Position numbers and translations under genes: made by a program | From: Geopsychrobacteraceae bacterium | GTDB lineage: Bacteria; Desulfobacterota; Desulfuromonadia; Desulfuromonadales; Geopsychrobacteraceae | Reading direction: 5' to 3' | Assembly (NCBI GenBank): GCA_963668145.2 | Contig: CAXXJU010000031.1 | Location: forward strand, 55,989-119,988 | DNA length: 64,000 bases | Shown here: positions 49,824 to 60,068 of the stretch, piece by piece | How positions within the stretch are numbered: the first letter of the stretch is position 1 | Layout of the letters: every line of letters starts with the position of its first letter | Notes under the pieces: generated by a model | What the model was told of the DNA's origin: nothing | Seen by the model: the letters and a program-made list of their open reading frames with translations, nothing else | Databases searched by the model: none

Positions 49824-51188
49824 TCAGTGGTAGATGAGATTCGGCAGCCACATGGAGAACTGCGGAATAAAGGTCACCAGCAGCAGGACCAGGATCAGCG
49901 GAATCAAAAATGGCAAAGTCGCTTTAGTGCATTGCTCAAAGGACACTCCTGACACTCTGGACAACACATACAGCACCATGCCGACAGGCGGGGTGAGCAG
50001 GCCGATCATCAGGTTGAGAACCATGATCACACCGAAATGGACCGGGTCGATGCCAACCTGGGTTGCCACCGGCAGCATCACCGGCACCAGAATGGTGATA
50101 GCCGCGATGGTCTCCATAAAAAATCCGACCACGAACAGGATGACATTCAGAATCAGCAGGACCAGGATCGGGTTATCGGTCAGGCCGGTCACCATGGTGA
50201 CGAAATGTTCGGTCACTTTGTTGCTGGTCAGAATCCAGGCAAAGATTGACGCCCCGGCCACGATCAGCAGGATGATGGCGGTGGTCTCGATGGTCTCCAT
50301 GGAAACCCGAATAAAGCGGCGGAAATTCAGGGTCCGATACCAGACCAGTCCCAGGAACAGGGCCCAGGCAACCGCTGCGGCAGCGGCTTCGGTGGGGGTG
50401 ACCGCACCGCTCAGAATTCCGCCGACGATGATCACCGGCGTCATCAGGGACATGAAAGCCCGTTTGAAGGTGAACCAGAGGACCTTGATGGAAAAGGCCG
50501 CGTCACGGGGGTAGTTCCGCTTGCGGGCATACCACCAGACCATGACCATCAGCGCCCCGGCCATGAGCAGTCCGGGAAGAAACCCGGCGGCAAACAGCTG
50601 GCCGATGGAGGCCGAAGCCATGACGCCGTAGATCACCATCGGGAGTGAAGGCGGGATAATCGGGCCAATGGTTGAGGATGCCGCGGTCACGCCGACGGAA
50701 AAATCCGTGTCATAGCCGGCATCGCGCATAGCCTTGATTTCGATGGTGCCAAGCCCGCCGGCATCGGCCACTGCCGCACCGGACATCCCCGCAAAAATGA
50801 CTGAAGCGCCGATGTTGACATGCCCCAGCCCGCCGGACATCCAGCCGACGCAGGCGGTGGCAAAGGCAAAGATCCGGTTGGTGATGCCCACGGCGTTCAT
50901 CAGGGATCCGGCGAGGATAAAGAAGGGGACAGCCAACAACGGAAAACTGTCGATTCCATTGACCATGCGGTGAGCGACCACCACGTCCGGAACCTTGCCG
51001 GTGATCAGGACAAAGAGCAGTGACGACCCGGCCAGAGCCAGGGCGACCGGAACCCCGGTGATGAGGAACAGGAACACAGACGCAAACAGGAATGCGATCG
51101 ATTCACCGGCAATCGCCAGGCCGATGGTGCAGAGGGCCGCCAGAATGATTAAAAATGCATTGAATTTAAGACCAAAACGTTTGGACAC
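49824..51188 (-). CDS. dctM: TRAP transporter large permease
   Basis: SFPLLAVPFFILAG, IIPPSLPMVIY and GLLTPPVG. GTG start after AAGGAGG. Confidence 0.92.
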   Translation of the reverse strand: MSKRFGLKFNAFLIILAALCTIGLAIAGESIAFLFASVFLFLITGVPVALALAGSSLLFVLITGKVPDVVVAHRMVNGIDSFPLLAVPFFILAGSLMNAVGITNRIFAFATACVGWMSGGLGHVNIGASVIFAGMSGAAVADAGGLGTIEIKAMRDAGYDTDFSVGVTAASSTIGPIIPPSLPMVIYGVMASASIGQLFAAGFLPGLLMAGALMVMVWWYARKRNYPRDAAFSIKVLWFTFKRAFMSLMTPVIIVGGILSGAVTPTEAAAAAVAWALFLGLVWYRTLNFRRFIRVSMETIETTAIILLIVAGASIFAWILTSNKVTEHFVTMVTGLTDNPILVLLILNVILFVVGFFMETIAAITILVPVMLPVATQVGIDPVHFGVIMVLNLMIGLLTPPVGMVLYVLSRVSGVSFEQCTKATLPFLIPLILVLLLVTFIPQFSMWLPNLIYH

Positions 51189-51201
51189 AGATGCCTCCTT
51201 G

Positions 51202-51772
51202 TCAGTCTGTCGGGGGGCGAAGGGCATGTTGAGCATGTTCAAGGCTGATTCGGCTGCCGCCCTGCTTGATATGCTTGATCAGAACCTGGATCGAGCGGAT
51301 GGCCATCGCGGCCAGACAGATGCTGACCATGTAGTACATGGCGCTTTTCGGAAACTCGATGGAAACCATCATCTGCCTGGTTTTTCCGGCCAGTTTGAAG
51401 CAGGTCAGGGCCAGTAGCGCGAAGAAGGCAATGCGACCGATATCGGCGCAATAGGTCAGGATAGTGCCGAATTTGGGTGGTACGTAGCGGAACAGAAATT
51501 CGACCATGATATGGGTATTCTTGCGAACCGCCATGATCGAACCGATAAAGCCGACCGAAATCAGCAGATAGCGCGCGATTTCTTCGGTCCAGCCGATGGA
51601 ATCATCCAGCACATATCTGGAAAAGAACTGGACGAAGATGTCCAGAGCCAGGATCCAAAACACGAAAAAAAACGACATAATCTTCAATTCCAAAGGATTT
51701 CCAGTCGATCGGGGCATCCATTTCATCATCCAGGGAACTTGCGTCGATCGATGTTTTGTTAGGCTCTGTCAT
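51202..51772 (-). CDS. dctQ: TRAP transporter small permease (frameshifted as sequenced in the A8 run at 51665-51672)
   Basis: QFFSRYVL..SIGWTEEIARYLL and HIMVE. Removing one base joins the N-terminal MTEPNK segment. Confidence 0.85.
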
Positions 51773-51809
51773 CTTCGTCCCTTTCATGGCTCAGTTGGTC
51801 GACGACCGG

Positions 51810-52794
51810 TTACAGGGCTTGCAGACGATCCCAGACATCCTTAGGCCAGGGGACTTCTTTGGGATGGCTGTTGTAGTACGCTTCGGTGGCCTTTTGCATG
51901 GCCGCAACATCAACTTTCTGATTGACGATATTCCCCTGTTGTTCAAACCAGCCGACCAGTTCCTTCTCTTTGTTTTCCACGTCCGCGGTACAGTTGTTGG
52001 CCGCTTCCATGAGCACATCATGGAACAGTTTGCGGTCGGTATCGTTCAGTCGGTCCCACAACGGACCGCCAACGATCAGCAGCAGGCTGTCGGTAATATG
52101 ACCGGTTAAGTTGATGTACTTTTGCACTTCATAGAATTTCTTGGCCTGGATGGTCGGCAGGGGGTTTTCCTGGGCATCGACCGTCCCCTGTTGCAGGGCC
52201 AGGTAAACTTCGGCAAAAGCGATCGGAGTCGGGTTGGCACCAGTCGCCTTGGGGAAAATGGTATAGGCCGGGGCATTGGGGACGCGGATTTTCAGCCCCT
52301 TCATATCTGCCGGAGTGCTGATCTCTTTTTTCGCAGTCACGTGACGCTGGCCGTAATAGGTGGCGGTAATAACTTTGTGGCCCGAGGCTTTTTCATAGCC
52401 GGCGGCAAGATCCCTGAACAGGTCACTGGCCATGAATTTTTTTCCAGTGATCGAGGCTACGGAATACGTAAGGATAACCGGCGATGGAAATCGGCCCGTA
52501 GGTGCGGCCGGCAAACTGATTACCGGTGTAGATGATGTCGACAGTGCCGAGGGAGAGGCCCTCGTTGATGTCGACTTCCTTGCCCAGGGAAGAGGCGGGG
52601 AAGACTTCGATCTCATATTTACCATTGGAGCGCTTTTTGATCTCGTCGGCAGCCCAGAGTGCCCACTTGTGGTAGGGCTGACTACTCTCATAGACATGCG
52701 CCCATTTCAGTTTTTCCACGGCAAAAGCATGGGTTGGGGTTAAGGTCGAGACGGCAATGATCAGAGCTAACAGTAGTGCGAAACGTCTTTTCAT
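51810..52794 (-). CDS. dctP: TRAP solute-binding protein (frameshifted as sequenced in the T7 run at 52437-52443)
   Basis: Signal peptide, LKWAHVYE, GLKIRVP and EVYLALQQGTVDAQENP. Removing one base gives a single 328-codon frame. Confidence 0.87.
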
Positions 52795-53119
52795 CTTACC
52801 TCTCCTCTTCTGGTTTTAAGTGTTGTTCTTATCCTGCTCCTTTAGTCCTCCGGGTGAGGATCCAGTGTGTTTTGATAATTGAATGAGGATTCAAATATTT
52901 TAAGATATTACAATGACTTGTACCGATTTTATTATAGCAAACGATGGGCAATGTCAATAATTGGTGACAGGGTTTTATAAAATTGTTGCGCAATAGGGTC
53001 GATTGTTCCGGATTGTGAAACTAGTAAGGTGTCGCAACCAAGTGATATGACGCTGGGGTGTCATCAGTAATTTTTAAAAATTTGACTAATTGGTTATATG
53101 ACGGAGGCTGCTTTTGTTG

Positions 53120-53267
53120 CAGGCTGTCGAAAAACAGTCTGTCGAGCCTATGAACGAGCGATTAAAAATAATAACGGTTTTGTAACCGATTGATTTTGTG
53201 AGGTGGGAAAATCGCGATTTGCTCCACCGGGCTTGAAAAAGGCCAGGACAAATTTATCAATAACCTG
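53120..53267. repeat. Degenerate MITE of the CAGGCTGTYGAAAAA family
   Basis: Left end CAGGCTGTCGAAAAAC and right end TTTATCAATAACCTG match 11/15 as inverted repeats. The interior resembles 4854-4901. Confidence 0.5.
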
Positions 53268-53558
53268 TCAGTGATTGATTGTGAAGAAAAAGAATGCCAG
53301 GCAAATGGCTATCGTAAATCCGCTAAAAATAATATTTATTTTTCTTGAGTATTTCCATTTTGGAGGAATGATTGCCATGTTCATCCATTCTTTTCCAAAT
53401 ATTAAAGAAGATAATCCAATAAATATCGCAATTATGAGAGGGAAGAACTGCTCTAAGAGGACAGGTCTTTTATAGTTGATCAAGTCATAGATCAATAAAG
53501 ATGAAGTGATGAGATAGCCAAGAATGTTTGTTGCGTACAGCAATTTTTGTTTGTTCAT
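53268..53558 (-). CDS. Small AT-rich membrane protein, hypothetical
   Basis: 96 aa with three hydrophobic segments. GAGGA RBS before MNKQK. Confidence 0.6.
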   Translation of the reverse strand: MNKQKLLYATNILGYLITSSLLIYDLINYKRPVLLEQFFPLIIAIFIGLSSLIFGKEWMNMAIIPPKWKYSRKINIIFSGFTIAICLAFFFFTINH

Positions 53559-53756
53559 AAAACAATCCTCATCGACTGACAGAGGGGGGAAGCAAAATAA
53601 CCTGGCCTCCACAAGCTCGATTCATTCTGCCGTGAATACAGCGCGTGGGGCGCGCTGTCAGTTCCAACCGTCCGGTTATACTGACGTTACCCCTAAAAAC
53701 TGAGCCATTGCAAAGTTAGTGATTTCGGTCTATTCATCCTCAAACAGGAGATAGGC

Positions 53757-54023
53757 ATGAAATCGAAACGGTTCACCGAAGAGCAGATCATCGGCATTTT
53801 GAAACAGGCACAATCGGGCATGAAGATCGTTGACCTTTGTCGCCTGCACGGTATCAGCGATGCCACCTTTTACAATTGGCGCACCAAGTACGGCGGCCTG
53901 GAAGTCTCCGAGGCCAAGCGCCTGAAGACTCTTGAAGCGGAGAATCGTAAGCTCAAGCAGATGCTGGCTGAGACCATGCTTGAGAACCAGGCGATCAAAG
54001 ACGTTCTTTCAAAAAAGTGGTAA
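53757..54023 (+). CDS. IS3 transposase OrfA (HTH)
   Basis: [12 protein letters not shown]..., [11 protein letters not shown] and LEAENRKLK. Confidence 0.95.
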   Translation: MKSKRFTEEQIIGILKQAQSGMKIVDLCRLHGISDATFYNWRTKYGGLEVSEAKRLKTLEAENRKLKQMLAETMLENQAIKDVLSKKW

Positions 54024-54889
54024 CGCCTGCCGCTCGTCGCTGTGTGGTTGAGTTCCTGAAGGAACATCACCATGTCAGTGAACGACGGGCCTGTAAGATT
54101 GCCAGGCTGTCCCGGAGCAGTTGCCGGTACCAGGCGAAACCCACAGACGATACGGAGATCCGCACCCGACTGCGACAACTTGCAGAGCAGCGACGCAAGT
54201 TCGGTGCACCCCGCCTGCATGTTCTGCTGCGGCGTGAGGGCTTCCTGATCAACCACAAGCGCACCGAGCGTCTATACCGCGAGGAAGGGTTATCTCTTCG
54301 ACTCAAGCGGCGCAGGAAACGGAGCAGTCATCTAAGAGTTGTGTTAGCGGTTCCCGAGCGGATCAACCAGCACTGGTCCATGGATTTTGTATCGGACAGC
54401 CTGCACAACGGCCGTCGTATTCGCATTCTCACTGTGGTCGACGATCTCAGCAAAGAGTGCCCCGTGCTGGAAGTTGATCACTCGCTGACCGGGCAGCGCG
54501 TCACACGGGTTCTCGATCGAGTTTCACTGACGCGAGGCCTACCCGACGTCATTACCGTCGACAACGGGCCGGAGTTCGTTAGTAAAGCAGTTGACGCCTG
54601 GGCCTATGCGAACGGCGTCAAATTACACTTTATTCAACCGGGGAAACCGACACAGAACGCCTACATCGAAAGCTTCAACGGCAAGTTTCGAGACGAATGT
54701 CTCAATGAGCACGTGTTTACCAGTCTGCACGATGCTCAGCACAAGATCGAGACCTGGCGACAGGACTACAATGAAAATCGACCACATCGGTCGCTGAACC
54801 AACAGACGCCGGAAGAGTTCGCAGCACATTTTAATCGGCATTCAAAGATCGAAATCACTAACCACGAGATGGAGCTATCCGTGGGGTAA
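54017..54889 (+). CDS. IS3 transposase OrfB (DDE integrase core), expressed by -1 frameshift
   Basis: [15 protein letters not shown] and [23 protein letters not shown] motifs. Confidence 0.95.
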   Translation: MVTPAARRCVVEFLKEHHHVSERRACKIARLSRSSCRYQAKPTDDTEIRTRLRQLAEQRRKFGAPRLHVLLRREGFLINHKRTERLYREEGLSLRLKRRRKRSSHLRVVLAVPERINQHWSMDFVSDSLHNGRRIRILTVVDDLSKECPVLEVDHSLTGQRVTRVLDRVSLTRGLPDVITVDNGPEFVSKAVDAWAYANGVKLHFIQPGKPTQNAYIESFNGKFRDECLNEHVFTSLHDAQHKIETWRQDYNENRPHRSLNQQTPEEFAAHFNRHSKIEITNHEMELSVG

Positions 54890-54933
54890 GGTCAATACCA
54901 GCGGCTTCTCTGCGTTGAACTTCTCCCACAACC

Positions 54934-55596
54934 TCATTCTTTTTTATCCTGCAACCCGTAAGACGAAATCGTTTTCATGGTGTCGGCGATGTTTTCGTCA
55001 GACAGGATGACCGGGCCGCCGATGAGCAGGGCCTGATAATACTGGCGGCAGAGAGTCTCCAGCTCCTGGGCAAGCCACATGGCTTTTTCCAGACTGGGAC
55101 CGGTCACCAACATGCCATGATTGGCGAGCAGGCAGGCATTCCGGTCTGCTAATGCCTGCAGGGCATAGTCAGAGAGTTCCTTGGTGCCGTAGGTCGCATA
55201 TTCGGAGCAACGGACACTGTCCCCGCCGAAAATGGCCACCATATAATGGGCTGCCGGGATATCGCGGCGGGCCATGGCCAAGGTTGTTGCGTAAATGGAA
55301 TGGGTGTGGACAACCCCATTGACCTCAGGCCGGGCTCTCATGATGTCCAGATGGAAGCGCCACTCGCTGGACGGCTTGAAAGGACCCTCCCAGGTTCCGT
55401 ATTCCCCATCGATCGGCATTGAGCTGATGGATTCCGGCTCCAGGCTGTCATAAGGGATGCCACTGGGGGTAATGAGCATGCGGTTTTCGTAGCGTGCAGA
55501 AATATTGCCCGATGTGCCCTGGTTGAGGCCGGAAGCGTTCATCCACAGTGACTTGCTGATGATCTCGGAGCGAAGCTCTCGTTCAATCGTATTCAT
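54934..55596 (-). CDS. Class II aldolase, FucA (L-fuculose-phosphate aldolase) like
   Basis: GTSGNIS, ITPSG, PSSEWRFH, HTHS and LLANHG motifs. Confidence 0.9.
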   Translation of the reverse strand: MNTIERELRSEIISKSLWMNASGLNQGTSGNISARYENRMLITPSGIPYDSLEPESISSMPIDGEYGTWEGPFKPSSEWRFHLDIMRARPEVNGVVHTHSIYATTLAMARRDIPAAHYMVAIFGGDSVRCSEYATYGTKELSDYALQALADRNACLLANHGMLVTGPSLEKAMWLAQELETLCRQYYQALLIGGPVILSDENIADTMKTISSYGLQDKKE

Positions 55597-55661
55597 GCCA
55601 TTTTTCCTCTTTTTGCAGACCAGTTGATTTAGTGTTTAACCTGTTTTGCCCTTCCAGCAGA

Positions 55662-56580
55662 TTAGCCTGGCCCGACAGCATCTTCCCTCATACGTGGGGC
55701 TGCGCCGTCTGAATCGCCAGAAAAATCAACATGATAGCTGTGCGGGGAGATTTTCAGGAGCCGCAGCTGTTCGGCCAGGCCGGTGCGCATTTCGCTGGCA
55801 AGCATCCAGGCGTCCCCGGGGGAATCCGCCCAGGCCGCAAGCCAACAGCGGAACCCCTCCTTTTCCATTCCCATGACCCAGAAACTCGGATCCTCGTGGG
55901 GGGCAAAATGAGGAGATTCACTTGCAATCCGGATCGCATGGGCTTTGACTTCGGCAATGTCAGTATCCGGAGCAACCCAGAATTCGACATAAGTCCAGCG
56001 AAAGTTGTCCCCCAGGGTCAGGCTGATGAATTCCTTGGAAAGCATATCCGCGTTGGGGGATCACGTACCGCCGCCAGTCCCAGCCTTTGACGATGGTATA
56101 AATTGGCGTGATGTCTTCGATGGTTCCGTAATGCTTGTCGATATCGACGGTATCGCCGATGCGCAAGTGGCGGGAAAAGGTAATCACGATACCGGCAATC
56201 AGGTTCTCAATGAACGGACGGGCCGCGATTCCGAGGACAACACCGAAAGAAGCGACAAACATAGACAACAGGGTCGCGGGGATTCTGTCGAGGAAGGAGA
56301 TGCCGATTGCAAAAACGACCAGCAGAGCAATGAGCATGGTGATGGCATGACGGATGATACTGAAGCGGAAATTGACACTTCGGGCCCTGGCTTTCTGAGC
56401 CTCCCTCAGCGGTTTGTCGATGGGAGAACTGGTCGGCACCGCATGCATGTAATCATCTTGCTTGATGGCGGTATGACGTTTTTTCTCAACCTTTTTCAGC
56501 AACCAGCGCAACAGGACAAGCAGGCCGAGACCGGCAAAAACCAGAATAACGATATTGAGTAATTGACTATATGACATCAT
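55662..56580 (-). CDS. MscS-family mechanosensitive channel protein (frameshifted as sequenced in the G5 run at 56055-56059)
   Basis: GIAARPFIENLIAG, LRIGDTV and GTIEDI..YT..WDWRRYVIP. Removing one base joins NADMLSKEF. Confidence 0.82.
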
Positions 56581-56702
56581 AGCCCCTCGAACCTCTGTGG
56601 GTGCGTCAATGACACCGGACGTTGGTTGACCTTCAAAAGCACGATTTCACTGAAATTTTAACAGTTCTTGCAGGAGATACTCCGAACGCTGTCAACTTAT
56701 GA

Positions 56703-57395
56703 TTATGTTGATGGTTTCTGATTCAAAAGAATATCCCTGGCAGTATTGATTTTCGCGGCCAGAAAATCCGATCCCCCACTATCAGGATGAACCCCTTTCA
56801 TAAGGCGCCTCCAGGCTTGATGGATTTCCTCCTGTGATGCGTTTTCTTCAAGACCAAGTATCTGGTAGGCCTCCTGCCTGGTCATATTGTCAAAACCTGA
56901 TTGATCCTTCCGGTTCCCGGATGCATCAGAATCAGCCTGATCGTGCCAATCGGGGTAGTATCGGTCAAGAAAAGATTCAAGCAAGGAAAGACTTTCCGTG
57001 TCGGAACGAAAATCAGAGTAGAGCGACAGCAGCTCTTCCTCACTCAGCGAAGACAAACGAGCCCCCTGTAATCGACCAGTCAATATAGTGCCGTCCATTT
57101 CTCCAGTATCGTGATCAAGTTCCATCTCAAGGTTTGCCGAACGGACAGTCGATTTTTGTCCCTCAGCGGAGCGGAGCGGTCGTTTCGAACGATTTCTCCG
57201 CCACCATGAAACGCCCAGAAGAATCAAGGGGACTCCAATGGCTCCACGTCGTAAAAGAGTCAGCAATACCCCTATCACGATGACAATGACCGGCCCGGCA
57301 GTCGACAAAACAGCAGCCCTTTGTTTAGCCGGTAGGGCCATCAACTGGTAAATGCCGATGACCGCAAATAACATCAAGAAAAGATACAGAATCAT
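56703..57395 (-). CDS. Membrane-anchored protein with a C-terminal J domain
   Basis: N-terminal TM segments, MELDHDTGEMDG, and a C-terminal J domain (EAYQILGL...HPDSGGS..LAAKIN). Confidence 0.88.
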   Translation of the reverse strand: MILYLFLMLFAVIGIYQLMALPAKQRAAVLSTAGPVIVIVIGVLLTLLRRGAIGVPLILLGVSWWRRNRSKRPLRSAEGQKSTVRSANLEMELDHDTGEMDGTILTGRLQGARLSSLSEEELLSLYSDFRSDTESLSLLESFLDRYYPDWHDQADSDASGNRKDQSGFDNMTRQEAYQILGLEENASQEEIHQAWRRLMKGVHPDSGGSDFLAAKINTARDILLNQKPST

Positions 57396-57424
57396 TTATC
57401 TTCCAGGAAGAGGGGGATGAAAAA

Positions 57425-58138
57425 TCATTTTGTCATCTGATCCAGGAGCAAGCGGGCCTCTCGTTTGCCACTGTTTGAAAGTGCTTTCAACCCGCCGCGC
57501 GCATATACGGCAATCGCACCAAGCAGTTCGACGAGCTCTTTTGCCGAATCAGGCCCGAGGTGAAAATAAGCCCCGTTGGAAAGCCGAGCCATTTCTCGAA
57601 ATCCCTTTTCGACCCTGGTATCCTGGCCATCCTGAAAGAAAAAGCAGCGGACTCCTTTTAGCCCGAGCTCTCCCGCTTTCTGGCAGAGCACGTCGATATC
57701 CTCCTCGATGGAATCTCCGATGAAAACCAGTGCAGCGACTTTTGCCTTGGTTGTTTCTCGATTGGCGTGATCAAGGACCCTGGAGATCTGTGTCTGTCCA
57801 CCCAGGCACTGAATGCCGAGCATCAAATCGCGCAGCGCGGCAGCATTAATGACCCATTTCGAAGCTCGACATTCATCGATACCTCGAAAATACACCAGTT
57901 GAACCGACAACCCGCCTGCCTTGCCGACCGCATCGAACATGGAAGCCTGGATAGTGACAGCCTGGTCCCAGGTTGGCTGCCGGCTCATGGTTGCATCCAG
58001 AGAGAAGATCAATCTTCCGCTTTGAGCGACCGTTGCCTTAGCGGCGGCCTTGAGAAAAGCAGCTATCTCGCTGGAGGACGACTTCTCCCGAAGTGCGGGA
58101 GACTTTTTTTCAGTGGTCGCCAGTATTTTCTTTTTCAT
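57425..58138 (-). CDS. Stand-alone VWA domain protein
   Basis: LIFSLDATMSR MIDAS-like motif, GQTQI and VFIGD. Confidence 0.85.
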   Translation of the reverse strand: MKKKILATTEKKSPALREKSSSSEIAAFLKAAAKATVAQSGRLIFSLDATMSRQPTWDQAVTIQASMFDAVGKAGGLSVQLVYFRGIDECRASKWVINAAALRDLMLGIQCLGGQTQISRVLDHANRETTKAKVAALVFIGDSIEEDIDVLCQKAGELGLKGVRCFFFQDGQDTRVEKGFREMARLSNGAYFHLGPDSAKELVELLGAIAVYARGGLKALSNSGKREARLLLDQMTK

Positions 58139-58453
58139 AGATTGTTCCCTCTGACAAGATGGGCTTATTTTTTCCTAAGGTCATAAAAAGATGATGACTT
58201 TGCCGGTCCAAAAAGGTGTCATGATCTTATCATATTTCAGGTTTTTTCTACGACATCAACGCTTCAGGACAACTGGTGGAGGCACTACAAAATTTCCTTG
58301 ATGTCGAGTGGATGATGGTTTAGTGTGATCAAACATTGTTATTTTCGAAAGGATGTTCGTTTTAACGGCATCCTGTAAATGTAAAGTCGTGGCGCCTGTT
58401 ATTAAAGGAACTGCGGCTTTTTTTTGTTGGAAAAACAGACTGCAGGGGGGGGC

Positions 58454-58753
58454 ATGAAACTCATCGCTGAAGCTTTTCTTATCCTGTTCTTTCTTGTCAG
58501 TTTAGTCCCTTCTTCTGTTTTTGCTACAACACAGCAGTGTGTCGATGAAGATGACACTGCAAATGCGGTTCTCTTTGTTGACAAAGAGATGAATAAACCG
58601 ATCGAGATAAAACTCACGGCAATTAACCCGATTTATCAGGTCGATGAAAAACGCGGTTGCTGCTCGCATCATGGTGGTGTTGCTTACTGCGGTTCCAGTG
58701 GTTATTGGATTTGTAATGATGGGACGAGGAGTCCGACCTGCCGTTGTGATTGA
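58454..58753 (+). CDS. Small secreted Cys-rich protein
   Basis: Signal peptide and C-terminal RGCCSHHGGVAYC...ICNDGTRSPTCRC. Confidence 0.75.
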   Translation: MKLIAEAFLILFFLVSLVPSSVFATTQQCVDEDDTANAVLFVDKEMNKPIEIKLTAINPIYQVDEKRGCCSHHGGVAYCGSSGYWICNDGTRSPTCRCD

Positions 58754-59039
58754 GATTGTATATTTGCCTACTAAGAAGCTTCGGTTTTTTGTGGCCTACG
58801 GATTAGAAGTCCGTTGCTTCCCAGGTGAGGATCTATTGGCTACGTAAGCTTTCCTATCAAGTAGACAGTTAAAAGTAGAATTTTCAGCGTTCTTTGACGG
58901 CGAATTCACGCAGGAAAAAAATATGGGAAGTGTTTGAATGCATAAGTAAGAAAGCGGAAGCCTCCAACTGGCGGACGGCTCATAATGAGCGGCAGGGTCG
59001 AATAAATCGCCCCGAGTCAGACCCAGAGAGGAGGCTTCC

Positions 59040-60068
59040 ATGGAAAGTATTCACTACATCGGCTTAGACGTCCACAAGAAAACCATCGCTTTCTGTATTA
59101 AAACCCTGAGCGGAAAGAACGTTCGACAAGGGGTTGTGAACGCAGAACGAAACGCGCTACGACATTGGCTGGCGGAATTGTCTTGTCCCTGGATGGGGGC
59201 CATGGAGGCAACGCTGTTTACCGGCTGGATTTACGATTTTCTCAAGCCCCACGCCGTTGAGTTAAAAGTCGCGCACCCGGAAATGCTCAAAGCGATTACC
59301 GCGGCCAAAAAGAAGAACGACCGGGCTGATGCAGAGAAGTTGGCAGATCTTCTGCGCGTCAATCTTCTGCCGGAATGCCACATGATGTCCGAAGAGCTAC
59401 GGGAATTGCGGCGCATTCTTCGCTATCGGAACATGGTCGTTCGCACGGCAGTGCAGATGAAGAACAAAATGGCCGGGTTGATGATGGAGGTCGGCGCGAC
59501 CTACGACAAAAAACGGTTGTATGGGCGTAAATATTTCAACCAACTGATGGGGCGGGTAGACGATGTGCCCGATTCGGTCAAAGAGCTGTTACAACTGAGC
59601 CGCAGCAATCTTGAGCTGTTTACCGCCATCCAGAAGAAACTGGTTCGGACTCTTCGAGAGAATGAGCTGATTCGACGGAGGGTTGAGCTTTTGATGAGTA
59701 TTGCCGGGGTTGGAGAGATCATGGCTTTGACCTGGGTGTTGGAGATCGGTGATCCAACCCGCTTTCACTCCAGTCGGGAAGCCATCAGCTATTGCGGACT
59801 CTGCAGTGCACAACGGGAATCGGCCGGGAAAGATCAACGAGGGCCACTCTCCAAAAAACGCAACAAGCACCTGCAGACCATGCTCATTGAAGCCGCTAAG
59901 CTAGCCCCACGATGGAATATTCAACTGGCGGAATTGCATGAAAAAGAGTTGACCAAAGGCAATCGCAACCGAGCCACTTTAGCTGTTGCACGCAAGCTGG
60001 TTGAATATCTGTTGGCCGTTGATCGACGTGGTACTGCTTTTGAGGAGAGACAATCTCAGGTCGCCTGA
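59040..60068 (+). CDS. IS110-family transposase/recombinase (DEDD RuvC-like)
   Basis: YIGLDVHKK, GAMEAT, KKNDRADAEKLA, SIAGVG, YCGL..RESAG and RNRATLAVARKL motifs. Confidence 0.96.
   Translation: MESIHYIGLDVHKKTIAFCIKTLSGKNVRQGVVNAERNALRHWLAELSCPWMGAMEATLFTGWIYDFLKPHAVELKVAHPEMLKAITAAKKKNDRADAEKLADLLRVNLLPECHMMSEELRELRRILRYRNMVVRTAVQMKNKMAGLMMEVGATYDKKRLYGRKYFNQLMGRVDDVPDSVKELLQLSRSNLELFTAIQKKLVRTLRENELIRRRVELLMSIAGVGEIMALTWVLEIGDPTRFHSSREAISYCGLCSAQRESAGKDQRGPLSKKRNKHLQTMLIEAAKLAPRWNIQLAELHEKELTKGNRNRATLAVARKLVEYLLAVDRRGTAFEERQSQVA

Larger units (their letters stand above)
53682..54894 (+). mobile_element. Intact IS3-family element (IS407-group-like), 1213 bp
   Basis: Ends TGACGTTACCCC and GGGGTAAGGTCA match 11/12. 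4-bp duplication ATAC (53678-53681, 54895-54898). A6G slippery site at 54011-54017. Confidence 0.95.

Noticed and set aside
51202-51242. DctQ-DctM overlap or fusion
   Set aside because: A GTG start at 51188 with AAGGAGG RBS removes the overlap, giving two ordinary separate genes.
53594-53681. Possible attC upstream of the small AT-rich ORF (AAATAAC ... GTTATAC with an internal GC hairpin)
   Set aside because: The core sites are present but the L boxes are not complementary on either strand, so it cannot fold as an attC. It is more likely a terminator-like hairpin.
511-57723. Many long antisense or alternate-frame ORFs in the track (e.g. 511-1404, 11671-12945, 32935-34476, 35743-37191)
   Set aside because: They are shadows of well-supported genes on the opposite strand in GC-rich DNA, with no motifs or RBS.
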